IMG/VR virus record: IMGVR_UViG_3300013232_000486
Source: a virus
Lineage: Duplodnaviria > Heunggongvirae > Uroviricota > Caudoviricetes
Strand: one strand, 5' to 3'
DNA: 64,000 bases
Under the pieces are notes generated by a model. It was not told where the DNA came from. It did no database searches and saw only the letters and a program-made list of their open reading frames with translations. Shown here piece by piece: positions 27,370 to 35,422 of this stretch. The number at the start of each line of letters is the position of its first letter. Positions within the stretch are counted from its first letter, which is position 1. Made by a program: the position numbers and the translations under genes.

Positions 27370-27702
27370 ATGCTTTGGTACAAGAACGTTTCGAACCATT
27401 GCATTCAGCTAGACAACTGCGCTGGGTTTGCGAGACCCGGCGAAGAGTTTTGCGTCGACGAGCATGGCGACGAGGGAATGATCAGAAGCCTTTCATTGCT
27501 CATCTGCAAGGGATACGTGATCTACTGCCCAGCGGTGAATGGGAAAACGGTCAAGACATGGGTTCTCGGCGTTGACGCGGAAGACCTCATAAACGAGGAA
27601 GAAGACCTGAAGAATCTGGTTTCTGCGAAAAAGGTTGCAGTTAAGCCGAAGGCTTCGGCTAGGAAGGCAGCGGTCAATCCTGACCGCTGGGATTTCATTT
27701 AA
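27370..27702 (+). CDS. Hypothetical protein (C-terminal DRWDFI)
   Basis: 110-aa ORF; ML.(F/Y)K..G(D/E)EF.V..LL.K shared with the previous ORF. Confidence 0.65.
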   Translation: MLWYKNVSNHCIQLDNCAGFARPGEEFCVDEHGDEGMIRSLSLLICKGYVIYCPAVNGKTVKTWVLGVDAEDLINEEEDLKNLVSAKKVAVKPKASARKAAVNPDRWDFI

Positions 27703-27713
27703 GGAGGAGAGCC

Positions 27714-28052
27714 ATGACTCTCAAAAAGCTGGTCGAAACGAAGCGCGTTAAGCTTCTCTGTGAGACGGACGATGGGGTCTACTATGTCCCCAGGGCGATG
27801 GTTCGTCGCATGGAAGTAAAGAAGAGGAGTTACATGGAGGCAACCGTCGTCGACAAGAGCGTAAAAATCAAGCCTGTCGGAACGTACGGGAAGAAGAAGG
27901 CCAAACTCGTGTACGTTGACGCTCGAGGGAACCTTCGGGTACCAAGTTCTCTTGTGGTTCAGGCACGTGGCGAGTACAAGTGCGGTCCGTTCGGGGATTT
28001 TTACGAGGTTCTCGCGGTTCAAGAGTGCGTCAACGAGATCACTCTCATCTAG
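27714..28052 (+). CDS. Hypothetical beta-rich protein
   Basis: Strong ribosome-binding site AAGGAGGAG. Confidence 0.7.
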   Translation: MTLKKLVETKRVKLLCETDDGVYYVPRAMVRRMEVKKRSYMEATVVDKSVKIKPVGTYGKKKAKLVYVDARGNLRVPSSLVVQARGEYKCGPFGDFYEVLAVQECVNEITLI

Positions 28053-28099
28053 GAGGAAGCTGGCGATGGCATGGCGTAGTATTGGAATGAGGAGTCCCA

Positions 28100-28564
28100 A
28101 TGCTACGTCTTGCCATGCCACATGCTGGCTTCAACCCGGATAACGCCATTGCCTATCCAGAGGTGATTAGGCCTACACAGGCCGTTCCAAAGAGTCCAGC
28201 TTACGACTGGATGATCGAGATGCTCGGGCAAGATTTGTCCCAAAAATGGGTTGCCGACAAGATTGGTGAGCATGGATGGAGACTCAAGGCGTTTGAGAAT
28301 TACAGAGACTACATCCTCTCGACGTATAACACCCTCGACGCGAGGGGCGTATATACGAAGTGGTTCTCCAAGGACAACGGCAAGCTGCCAGTATGGGACA
28401 GGACCAGTGACTCCGCCACGGAACCGATTGGCTGGTTCGACGTGGAAACGCAACGCTTCCGTCGCGGCCCACAAGAAGAATTATTGCACGAGGACGCGCC
28501 AGACGTCAAGCCAGAAGTATCATTGGTATCGGCTTGGCTCAGGCGGCAATGTCGTTTCGGCTGA
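28100..28564 (+). CDS. Hypothetical protein
   Basis: GAGGAG ribosome-binding site; 154 aa. Confidence 0.7.
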   Translation: MLRLAMPHAGFNPDNAIAYPEVIRPTQAVPKSPAYDWMIEMLGQDLSQKWVADKIGEHGWRLKAFENYRDYILSTYNTLDARGVYTKWFSKDNGKLPVWDRTSDSATEPIGWFDVETQRFRRGPQEELLHEDAPDVKPEVSLVSAWLRRQCRFG

Positions 28565-28590
28565 TCCAACCAACAGAACTGGAGAATGAC

Positions 28591-28833
28591 ATGGAAAAGA
28601 CACTGACTGTGAAACTGTTTCTTCTCACCAGGACGGAGAGCGCTGCTGGCGACGAGTACTCGGCTTGCGTAGTGGCCGCAATCTCCGAGAAGGCGGCCCG
28701 CGAGATCGCCAATGGTGAAAGCGGATCCGAAGGCTACGTGTGGATCGATAGCTCTCGGGTAGAAGCCAAGGAATTGGGGGTGGCCGGAGATGAAGCCGCA
28801 GGCATCATCCTTTGGTCGAAGGAAACCAATTAG
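28591..28833 (+). CDS. Small conserved phage-type hypothetical protein
   Basis: KLFLLTR..DEY.ACVVAA.SE..AR pattern. Confidence 0.6.
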   Translation: MEKTLTVKLFLLTRTESAAGDEYSACVVAAISEKAAREIANGESGSEGYVWIDSSRVEAKELGVAGDEAAGIILWSKETN

Positions 28834-29203
28834 CCAACTTGCCAAGATCGCCGCTTCGGCGGGGATCACGGAAGGCGACCTCATTCAGACGATCTTTGAT
28901 CGTCTCGAGGAAGGCTCGGTCATCGACTGCTTCAAGATAGGTGTGCAAGCCCAGTTCGACGACTGGATAATGAAGCACAACTTGTTGGACGGTGGAAACT
29001 TCGGACTTATATTTAAGCTCTCTCCAAAGATCGCTTTGCGTTGTTGCTGTTTTGTTGACATGTCAGGAGACGTCCCGTTGTACAAGGTCACGCAAAGGGT
29101 CTTCGGGAACCCCAAGATCACTCCAAAATATTTCAAGGACATGCCTTGTTTTTCTGTGCAGATTTCTTGGCTTGACCCGATGGAGGTCTTCGGGTACGTT
29201 TAG
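28790..29203 (+). CDS. Hypothetical protein (start uncertain)
   Basis: ORF filling the gap within the operon. Confidence 0.55.
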   Translation: MKPQASSFGRRKPISQLAKIAASAGITEGDLIQTIFDRLEEGSVIDCFKIGVQAQFDDWIMKHNLLDGGNFGLIFKLSPKIALRCCCFVDMSGDVPLYKVTQRVFGNPKITPKYFKDMPCFSVQISWLDPMEVFGYV

Positions 29204-29224
29204 CGGCACGAAAGGGAACTAGCA

Positions 29225-29449
29225 ATGGCAAATGTTCAGATCGTCGAAGAGAGTTTGGTCATTCGCATGAAGATTACCGAGGATGGCGTTGATTATAGCG
29301 TACAGTTTGCCTTCCCGGCTGAAGACGTCAAGAAGGCCGCGATGACTGTTACACTTGGAAACCAAGTTCTCTGTTCCATACCAGCGACCGTCGCCAAGTC
29401 CGCTTTGCAAGTTCTCGCGGAGACGAAGGTCGAGTTTGCCGAAGGCTAG
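29225..29449 (+). CDS. Hypothetical protein
   Basis: 74-aa ORF in the operon. Confidence 0.6.
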   Translation: MANVQIVEESLVIRMKITEDGVDYSVQFAFPAEDVKKAAMTVTLGNQVLCSIPATVAKSALQVLAETKVEFAEG

Positions 29450-29464
29450 TTTTAGGGATCCTAC

Positions 29465-30463
29465 GTGACCCGTGACGAGTTGGCAAGCAAGGTCTCTGGA
29501 ACCATCCTTGGGATGGTTGTTGGGGACGCCTTGGGGGCTCCTGCGAGGGGTATGTCCCCGTATCAAGCGCGAAAGCGCTTCCAAGCCCTTGATGCCTTCT
29601 ATCCATACGGAAACGAGAAACCAGGGACATATACCTCTTCGGCCCAGCTTTCACTTCTCTTCACGAGCGCGTTGACGAAAGGCCCTCTGACAAACGAGTT
29701 GCTAGAGGCAGAACTAAAGGCCGCTACCATCAAGCCCGTTGATCAAGTCTCTCAAGAAGCATTCAAGAGGCTGTTTGCAAGAGTTCCCTACCCTCAATGT
29801 CCACAAAAATCTCCCCAGACGGCTTGGCTGACCAGAGTCGTTCCAGTCGGCTTGTTCGGCGCGGTCAGAATGTTCGAGCCGAAGGAGATATTGAGGCATT
29901 GCGTCAGCGTTTCTTGGCCAACCCATGCTCACAAGCCATCCATAGCGTATGGAGCGGCCATCGCATGTGTCATCAAGACTTGCATCGTAAGCGCTGAAAG
30001 CTGTTCGAACCCATACGAGATGTTCGGTTCCGACAAGTCCTTGATGGCCCGAGTGATTTACATGTTGAAATGGGCCGACAACAAGATCGAGCCTTCTTGG
30101 CTGACCGAGGAGCCAATCTGGATAAGGGTTCAAGAGACGTGGAGAATGCTACAGCGCAAGGCCACTCCAGAGGAGTTTATTGGATACTTCGGCCTCAAGG
30201 ATGAATGCGTAGACGCGGTTTGTCTTGCCTTGTTCTTGTTCATGCGCAACCCAGGCAACTTCAAGGCGGTCCAACAAGCTGCTGCCCTTGGAGGACCGTC
30301 AAACGTTACGGCTGCATTGGTGGGAGCCATGTGCGGAGCGTATGCTGGCAAGTTCTTCGTGTCGCAGGACATGGTCGACGCCGTGGAGAACTCTGCCAGA
30401 GTGGTTTCTTTCTGCGAGAGGCTGGCCGAGAGCCTGTATGAGGAAATGCCAAAGGAGGCCTGA
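29465..30463 (+). CDS. ADP-ribosylglycohydrolase (DraG/ARH) fold protein, catalytic acidic residues absent
   Basis: G.ILG.VVGDALGAP; RV.PVGL; THAH; A..LGG....A.L.GA..GA. TDD is replaced by TSS and DxDT by PSNV. Confidence 0.8.
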   Translation: MTRDELASKVSGTILGMVVGDALGAPARGMSPYQARKRFQALDAFYPYGNEKPGTYTSSAQLSLLFTSALTKGPLTNELLEAELKAATIKPVDQVSQEAFKRLFARVPYPQCPQKSPQTAWLTRVVPVGLFGAVRMFEPKEILRHCVSVSWPTHAHKPSIAYGAAIACVIKTCIVSAESCSNPYEMFGSDKSLMARVIYMLKWADNKIEPSWLTEEPIWIRVQETWRMLQRKATPEEFIGYFGLKDECVDAVCLALFLFMRNPGNFKAVQQAAALGGPSNVTAALVGAMCGAYAGKFFVSQDMVDAVENSARVVSFCERLAESLYEEMPKEA

Positions 30464-30696
30464 TGGACGAGGGCCGCATAGAACAGCTAGAAAAGATGTT
30501 CCCGAATGGGTTCCTCATATTGGTTCCGAGAAACCTTGACAAGTCGCCGCTTGCGGTATGGATGTACTTCTCAAACCCAAAGGCGTCTCCAGCCATAGAC
30601 CAGATGGTTGACGACGTCTACTTCTCGCTCAACAAGGACTCCTATTGGCAGCTTCCTCCTCCAAAGGAGAAGAAGGACGATGAACCTCAAGGCTAG
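30463..30696 (+). CDS. Hypothetical protein
   Basis: Stop/start overlap with the ARH gene. Confidence 0.6.
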   Translation: MDEGRIEQLEKMFPNGFLILVPRNLDKSPLAVWMYFSNPKASPAIDQMVDDVYFSLNKDSYWQLPPPKEKKDDEPQG

Positions 30697-30943
30697 GCGC
30701 GTCTTCGAGAAGCTTCTTGACATGGCCAAGTTCGACGTCACGCTTTCTGGGTCTCCAACCAGAAGGATGCTTGAAAGAGCGGTCGAAAAGGGAGAACCAA
30801 TCCCTAGAAAGGCCCTTCCAGGAGCCCTCCTAAACAGACTCACGAGCGAGGAAAGAAAAGAGTTGGAGTGGCTTACTGTAGATGACTTGACCTCCAGCGT
30901 GTGGATCTCGCTGAGTTCAATTTTGAACAAAGACAGGCCTTGA
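30680..30943 (+). CDS. Hypothetical protein
   Basis: ATG after AAGGA; overlapping gene. Confidence 0.55.
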   Translation: MNLKARRVFEKLLDMAKFDVTLSGSPTRRMLERAVEKGEPIPRKALPGALLNRLTSEERKELEWLTVDDLTSSVWISLSSILNKDRP

Positions 30944-30988
30944 CTTTTCATAAAAGTCTGACAAGATGCGTGCCAGAAAGGGGATCGC

Positions 30989-31420
30989 ATGAGATACTTG
31001 TGTGCAGTGTTCGCTTTGGTTTTGGTCCAATTGTCAGTCGGGGCAGCAGACGACGGAATGGCCGTCTGGAACGAGTGGAAGCCCGAGGTCGTCAAGGCCG
31101 CGAAGGCTTACGTTGAAAAATTTGCCACGGCAAAAGACAAAAAGAAGTGGACCGAGTGGATTGAGGAGAAATGTGAAACTCGGAGCCTTGAGACTGTCGC
31201 TCTTGACTGGTTTTTTGACAATGAGCAAGGCCTCAGAGACAAGAACCCAGAGAAGATTAAGCAAGCTTGTTTTCTCTTCATCAGGTTTGCCGAGACTAAT
31301 ACCCCTCCGCCTGGTCAGATTAGGGACAGACTCACAAACGAGAACATGGCGTCTCTCGTTGAGTTCCTGAACAGTGGCGTCGTGGAGCTAAAGTTAAATG
31401 CCAATCCTGCTCGACGTTGA
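30989..31420 (+). CDS. Secreted hypothetical protein
   Basis: Signal peptide MRYLCAVFALVLVQLSVGA; upstream TTGACT-16-CAAGAT. Confidence 0.65.
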   Translation: MRYLCAVFALVLVQLSVGAADDGMAVWNEWKPEVVKAAKAYVEKFATAKDKKKWTEWIEEKCETRSLETVALDWFFDNEQGLRDKNPEKIKQACFLFIRFAETNTPPPGQIRDRLTNENMASLVEFLNSGVVELKLNANPARR

Positions 31421-31976
31421 TGGAGTGATGGTTGATCTGATAGATGGCATTTGCCAGCTATACGGTACTACATCCGAAGACATCAAGGAGAAGTGGCGCG
31501 TCACCAGCAACAACTGGACCGATAAGCATGAGCATATCAGTCCGACGCTGGGGACAACGTCACAAGACATTTGGGACAAGATGGAGGAATGCGGCCCAGA
31601 CTTCTGGCTCGAGTTGAAGGAGTATCCATGGGCCAGAACCTTGTACGATTACTGCAAGTCCAAGGCCCCGACGTACTTCGTCACCGCTCCGACCCCATAC
31701 GAGGGCTGTCTTCGGGGGAAACTCGAGTGGATGAAGCGCTTCACTGGCGATCCGATGTTCATGGATTACCTCATTGGCAGACCGAAGTTCCTATGCGCAG
31801 GGAGAGGGCAGAACATCCTCATTGATGACAGCCAAAAGAACTGCAATGAGTTCAACCTGCATGGAGGGAGATCAATCTTGTTCCCTCAGTACTGGAACGG
31901 TAACGAGGTTGCCGATCCGTGGATCCCAGTCGTTCAGAAAATACACGACATGTGTCCAATCGAGGTGGTTAAATGA
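31398..31976 (+). CDS. 5'(3')-deoxyribonucleotidase (HAD, NT5C-like)
   Basis: ILLDVDGV; FVTAP; K..W; ILIDDS..N..EF..GG. Confidence 0.85.
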   Translation: MPILLDVDGVMVDLIDGICQLYGTTSEDIKEKWRVTSNNWTDKHEHISPTLGTTSQDIWDKMEECGPDFWLELKEYPWARTLYDYCKSKAPTYFVTAPTPYEGCLRGKLEWMKRFTGDPMFMDYLIGRPKFLCAGRGQNILIDDSQKNCNEFNLHGGRSILFPQYWNGNEVADPWIPVVQKIHDMCPIEVVK

Positions 31977-32338
31977 GCAACGTCGAAGAGAAAAAGGAAC
32001 ACTGGACAGCGGTGATGGGCGGCTGTTTTCTGTGGGTTGCGATCATGGGCCTTTTCATATATGGCGTGGTAATGGTAATACTCTGGTTCAAGAGTAACAG
32101 AGATATCGAAAACGAAAAGACTCAAAGGGCATTGACCGTCAAAGAAGCCATGGCTCCAATTGGCAAGGCAGACGTTTTTTCGATCGACTCTCCGTTCTTC
32201 AATAGCCCAGTCATTGTGTATAGGGCGAAGATCGGCGACAATTACTACGTGATCGTACAAGGCAGGAACGGTTCGGTGTCCATTTGCCCCGAGCCGACGA
32301 CCAAGGTCGTCGGTCGGGGCATTGACGAGGTGTTCTAG
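31973..32338 (+). CDS. Single-TM membrane protein
   Basis: Hydrophobic helix VMGGCFLWVAIMGLFIYGVVMVILWF. Confidence 0.65.
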   Translation: MSNVEEKKEHWTAVMGGCFLWVAIMGLFIYGVVMVILWFKSNRDIENEKTQRALTVKEAMAPIGKADVFSIDSPFFNSPVIVYRAKIGDNYYVIVQGRNGSVSICPEPTTKVVGRGIDEVF

Positions 32339-32346
32339 GCTTTCAT

Positions 32347-32374
32347 TTGACTTTGTGTTGGTCATTTGTACGAT
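32347..32374 (+). promoter_or_regulatory. Promoter TTGACT-N16-TACGAT
   Basis: Intergenic; hexamers read directly. Confidence 0.65.
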
Positions 32375-32415
32375 ACAGAGAAGTGATAGCAAGCTGGCGT
32401 CGAGCCAGAGAAAAA

Positions 32416-32820
32416 ATGACCGAGATTTACAAGCTGGAAATCACCCCAGACCACAAAAAACTTGGCCTCAAGCTTCTGCTCGGGCGTGCCGTCGCCTACT
32501 TTGATTCCATACCTACGAAGGCCAAGGCTCTCAAGGTCTTCATGCGGGCAAAAAGAAGCAGAGTTAGCAAGTTTGACAGGAAATACATGGGGTCAAAACT
32601 GGCAAACGAACACCAGCGAGAGAACCTCATCTTCTACAAGGCCGTAGAGAGCATCCTCAAAGAAGTTGACGTGTCAAAGGCCTCGTTCAAGACTCCGAAA
32701 TGGAGCAAGGGCGAGATGAAGGAACTGTCGGCGGAAGAACGCAGCATCGCTGCGATCTCGATCGGCGCAAAGGATGGGCGTTTTTACATTTCAAGGCTAA
32801 GAGTTTGGAGCGCAAAATGA
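32416..32820 (+). CDS. Hypothetical basic protein
   Basis: ATG downstream of the promoter. Confidence 0.6.
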   Translation: MTEIYKLEITPDHKKLGLKLLLGRAVAYFDSIPTKAKALKVFMRAKRSRVSKFDRKYMGSKLANEHQRENLIFYKAVESILKEVDVSKASFKTPKWSKGEMKELSAEERSIAAISIGAKDGRFYISRLRVWSAK

Positions 32821-33146
32821 AAAAGAAGAGCGTCAGCAAGGAAGAACCAGAAAACGGCGTCTTGGCATTCTACAAAGACAAGAAGAAGTGGGTACCGTAC
32901 GAAGAGAAAGAGGCCCCAAACATCAACCAGTTCGGTCGCAATGCGACACTTCATAACGCAACCGACTGGGTGGTTAACCAGATCATGCACAATGACATGG
33001 GTGACGGAGTAAGGTTGGAATTCTGGGCCATTGACGATGGTGGAAAGAAGAACTTTGGGATCTTCGTCATCGAGGGCGTGATCACCGAGGAGAAAGATGG
33101 GTCGTGGGTTGATGTAAAGATCAGGATGCCTTGGCTGGTGATCTAG
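32817..33146 (+). CDS. Hypothetical protein
   Basis: ATGA overlap with the previous gene. Confidence 0.6.
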   Translation: MKKKSVSKEEPENGVLAFYKDKKKWVPYEEKEAPNINQFGRNATLHNATDWVVNQIMHNDMGDGVRLEFWAIDDGGKKNFGIFVIEGVITEEKDGSWVDVKIRMPWLVI

Positions 33147-33189
33147 TATCATCTTCCGATGGCCTTTGAGTGGCTAATTGGAAGAAACC

Positions 33190-34047
33190 ATGATAGATCT
33201 CGTCATTCCCGTCTTCAACAGGCTAGAGTACACCGAGACTTGCCTCTCCTCGCTGCTTAGAAACGATCCTGGGACCGTTTTAAGGCCAATAGTGGTCGAC
33301 AACGGGTCTAGACGAAGAACTCGCTCCTACATCGAACAGTGGGTCAAAGACGCCCAGTCCTCAACTTACCTACGCGATCCGATAATCGTTACCAATGTCC
33401 AGAACCTAGGCTTTGCAGCAGCGGTGAATTCTGCCATAAAGCATAGCCCAGAAGGGAAATACGTTTTTTTGATGCATAACGACTGCGTCCCGTTTGATGG
33501 ATGGGCTGGGGAAATGCTAGAATGCCTCAAGTTACACGAGGAAGAAGACGCAATCGCGGTCATACCCAGAACTAGTTATGCCAACGAGCCCGTTCCATGC
33601 GTCCCAGAGGTTCGCCAAAAGTTCGAAACGATGAAATTTGGGAACAAGGACGCGGTTTCTGTTGACGACATCGCTGGACTTCTTTCCAGGTTGTATCCAG
33701 ATGGGATGAGACCCATCGTTGATGGTCTCAAGGTCGCTCCAAGGACGAGTTACGTACCAGAACTTTGTTCATACTGTGTCCTTTTGCACAAAGAACTGCT
33801 CGTACAGATGCCGCTGGACGAGGATTTCTGGCCTCGCTTCTTCGAGGATAAGTTCTGGTTCCTCCACCACGAGAGGCAGGGTTGTGTCTGCATGATTGCT
33901 AATCATGCATATGTACATCACTTTGGCAATATCTCATCGGATGGGCCAGGGTTCGCCATGCCAGACTTGTTCAGGGCAAACGAACTCAAATTCAAGGAAA
34001 AGGTTCGGATACTCAACGAGAATTCCGTTCCAAAGAAGGAGAAGTAG
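33190..34047 (+). CDS. Glycosyltransferase family 2
   Basis: IDLVIPVFNR..VVDNGS..NLGFAAAVN..FLMHND..F.PRFFED..HHFG. Confidence 0.9.
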   Translation: MIDLVIPVFNRLEYTETCLSSLLRNDPGTVLRPIVVDNGSRRRTRSYIEQWVKDAQSSTYLRDPIIVTNVQNLGFAAAVNSAIKHSPEGKYVFLMHNDCVPFDGWAGEMLECLKLHEEEDAIAVIPRTSYANEPVPCVPEVRQKFETMKFGNKDAVSVDDIAGLLSRLYPDGMRPIVDGLKVAPRTSYVPELCSYCVLLHKELLVQMPLDEDFWPRFFEDKFWFLHHERQGCVCMIANHAYVHHFGNISSDGPGFAMPDLFRANELKFKEKVRILNENSVPKKEK

Positions 34048-34050
34048 GGC

Positions 34051-35418
34051 GTGGACCTCCAAAACCAGCCAATCGTCCATGCCAGCGGAGCGTCCAGAAA
34101 GGATCCTCTGTTTATTTCCCTTTGCAACAAGTACTTTAACGTCAGCATCCCAGACGACGTGACGGTGGTCACATACTCGGACGAAAAAGCTGGCCCCTAT
34201 CTGCTCGAAAAACAGTTGCTTCATAACGGGATACACTATGTGACCGTCAAACTTGACGGAAAATACCATAAGGAGCCGTTCTGGCAAAAGATTCATGCTT
34301 TCAGAGACGCGCTGCCACTCATCAAGACGAAATGGATACTGGCGCTTGATGCCTTTGACGTGATACTTCGTGGCGGCATAGAAGGGATGCTTAGATACGT
34401 CAAAGAGAACGATCTTGATGCCTTTTTCGGAGCGGAATGGGGACACTGGCCACATAGTTGCATGACCAGCGAGAAAGAAAGGGCGTTTCACCCCAATTCG
34501 TTATGCCAGTACTTGAATTCTGGCGTCATTCTGATGAAGCGAGACTGGATCGACGCCAAAACGCGAAGCTTGACAGAGCCAGTAAGCGATCAGCCATTCT
34601 ACAAAGAGCTGTACGTCAAGGAGTTTCCAAAGGTCGATATCGATCATGAGTCGAGGTTCGTCTTGAACTTGAATGGACTGGATCGAGAGCGAGGATTGTA
34701 CACCAAAGAGGAGAATGAAAGGCTTGTCCTGGAGGCCAGGAAAATGGTCTCGTCTATTCCAGCCAAGGAGCTTGGCGTCATCTTCTTGTCGCATAGAACA
34801 TGCGGGGCGACGTACAGAAACTACAGCGCCTTCAAGGAATTCAACCCTTCGGCAGACGTGGTCATGGTCAATCTGGCAAGCCCACGTTTTCCGTTCGGCT
34901 ACGACTTCTCAAGCAACGACTTTTGTAGGCGTTTGACACACGGCGACAAGGAATTGTGGTGGATCAATGAAGATGCACTTTACTACGAGTACTATCGTAG
35001 GAGAGAGGAAAACTGCAAGAGATGGCTCCTCGCCGAATGGGACCTGTTCTGTAATGGAGACGTAAAGGACTTCTTCGGTCCGCTCTGGGACAAGCCGTTT
35101 GTTTCGGCGGACATACATTCGGACATCGCTGACGGATGGTATTGGTTCAGAGACATCGACAAACTGCCCAAGAAGGCTCACAAGCATGCCGCTGGGGCGA
35201 GCATTCTGGCTGGGACGCTGATTTCTGACGAATGCATGGAAAAGATCGTTCTAGAGTCGTGGTGGGTTGGGCTTCCCGTTTTCTGCGAACTCAGGATCGC
35301 AACCTTGGCCAAGATGGCTGGGTTTGAGTTGAATCTGAACCAGAACGCCCAAGGTCTAAGATGGAAAATCAAACCAGCGATTACCGGGCGCGGGTTGTGG
35401 CATCCGATGAAAGAGTGA
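34051..35418 (+). CDS. Two-domain glycosyltransferase: PLOD-GT-like domain plus a DUF3405-like domain
   Basis: LDAFDVIL..FGAE..YLNSG..DQ..Y..IDHE..F..NL; second half WLLAEWDL..GD..FF. Confidence 0.65.
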   Translation: MDLQNQPIVHASGASRKDPLFISLCNKYFNVSIPDDVTVVTYSDEKAGPYLLEKQLLHNGIHYVTVKLDGKYHKEPFWQKIHAFRDALPLIKTKWILALDAFDVILRGGIEGMLRYVKENDLDAFFGAEWGHWPHSCMTSEKERAFHPNSLCQYLNSGVILMKRDWIDAKTRSLTEPVSDQPFYKELYVKEFPKVDIDHESRFVLNLNGLDRERGLYTKEENERLVLEARKMVSSIPAKELGVIFLSHRTCGATYRNYSAFKEFNPSADVVMVNLASPRFPFGYDFSSNDFCRRLTHGDKELWWINEDALYYEYYRRREENCKRWLLAEWDLFCNGDVKDFFGPLWDKPFVSADIHSDIADGWYWFRDIDKLPKKAHKHAAGASILAGTLISDECMEKIVLESWWVGLPVFCELRIATLAKMAGFELNLNQNAQGLRWKIKPAITGRGLWHPMKE

Positions 35419-35422
35419 CCCC

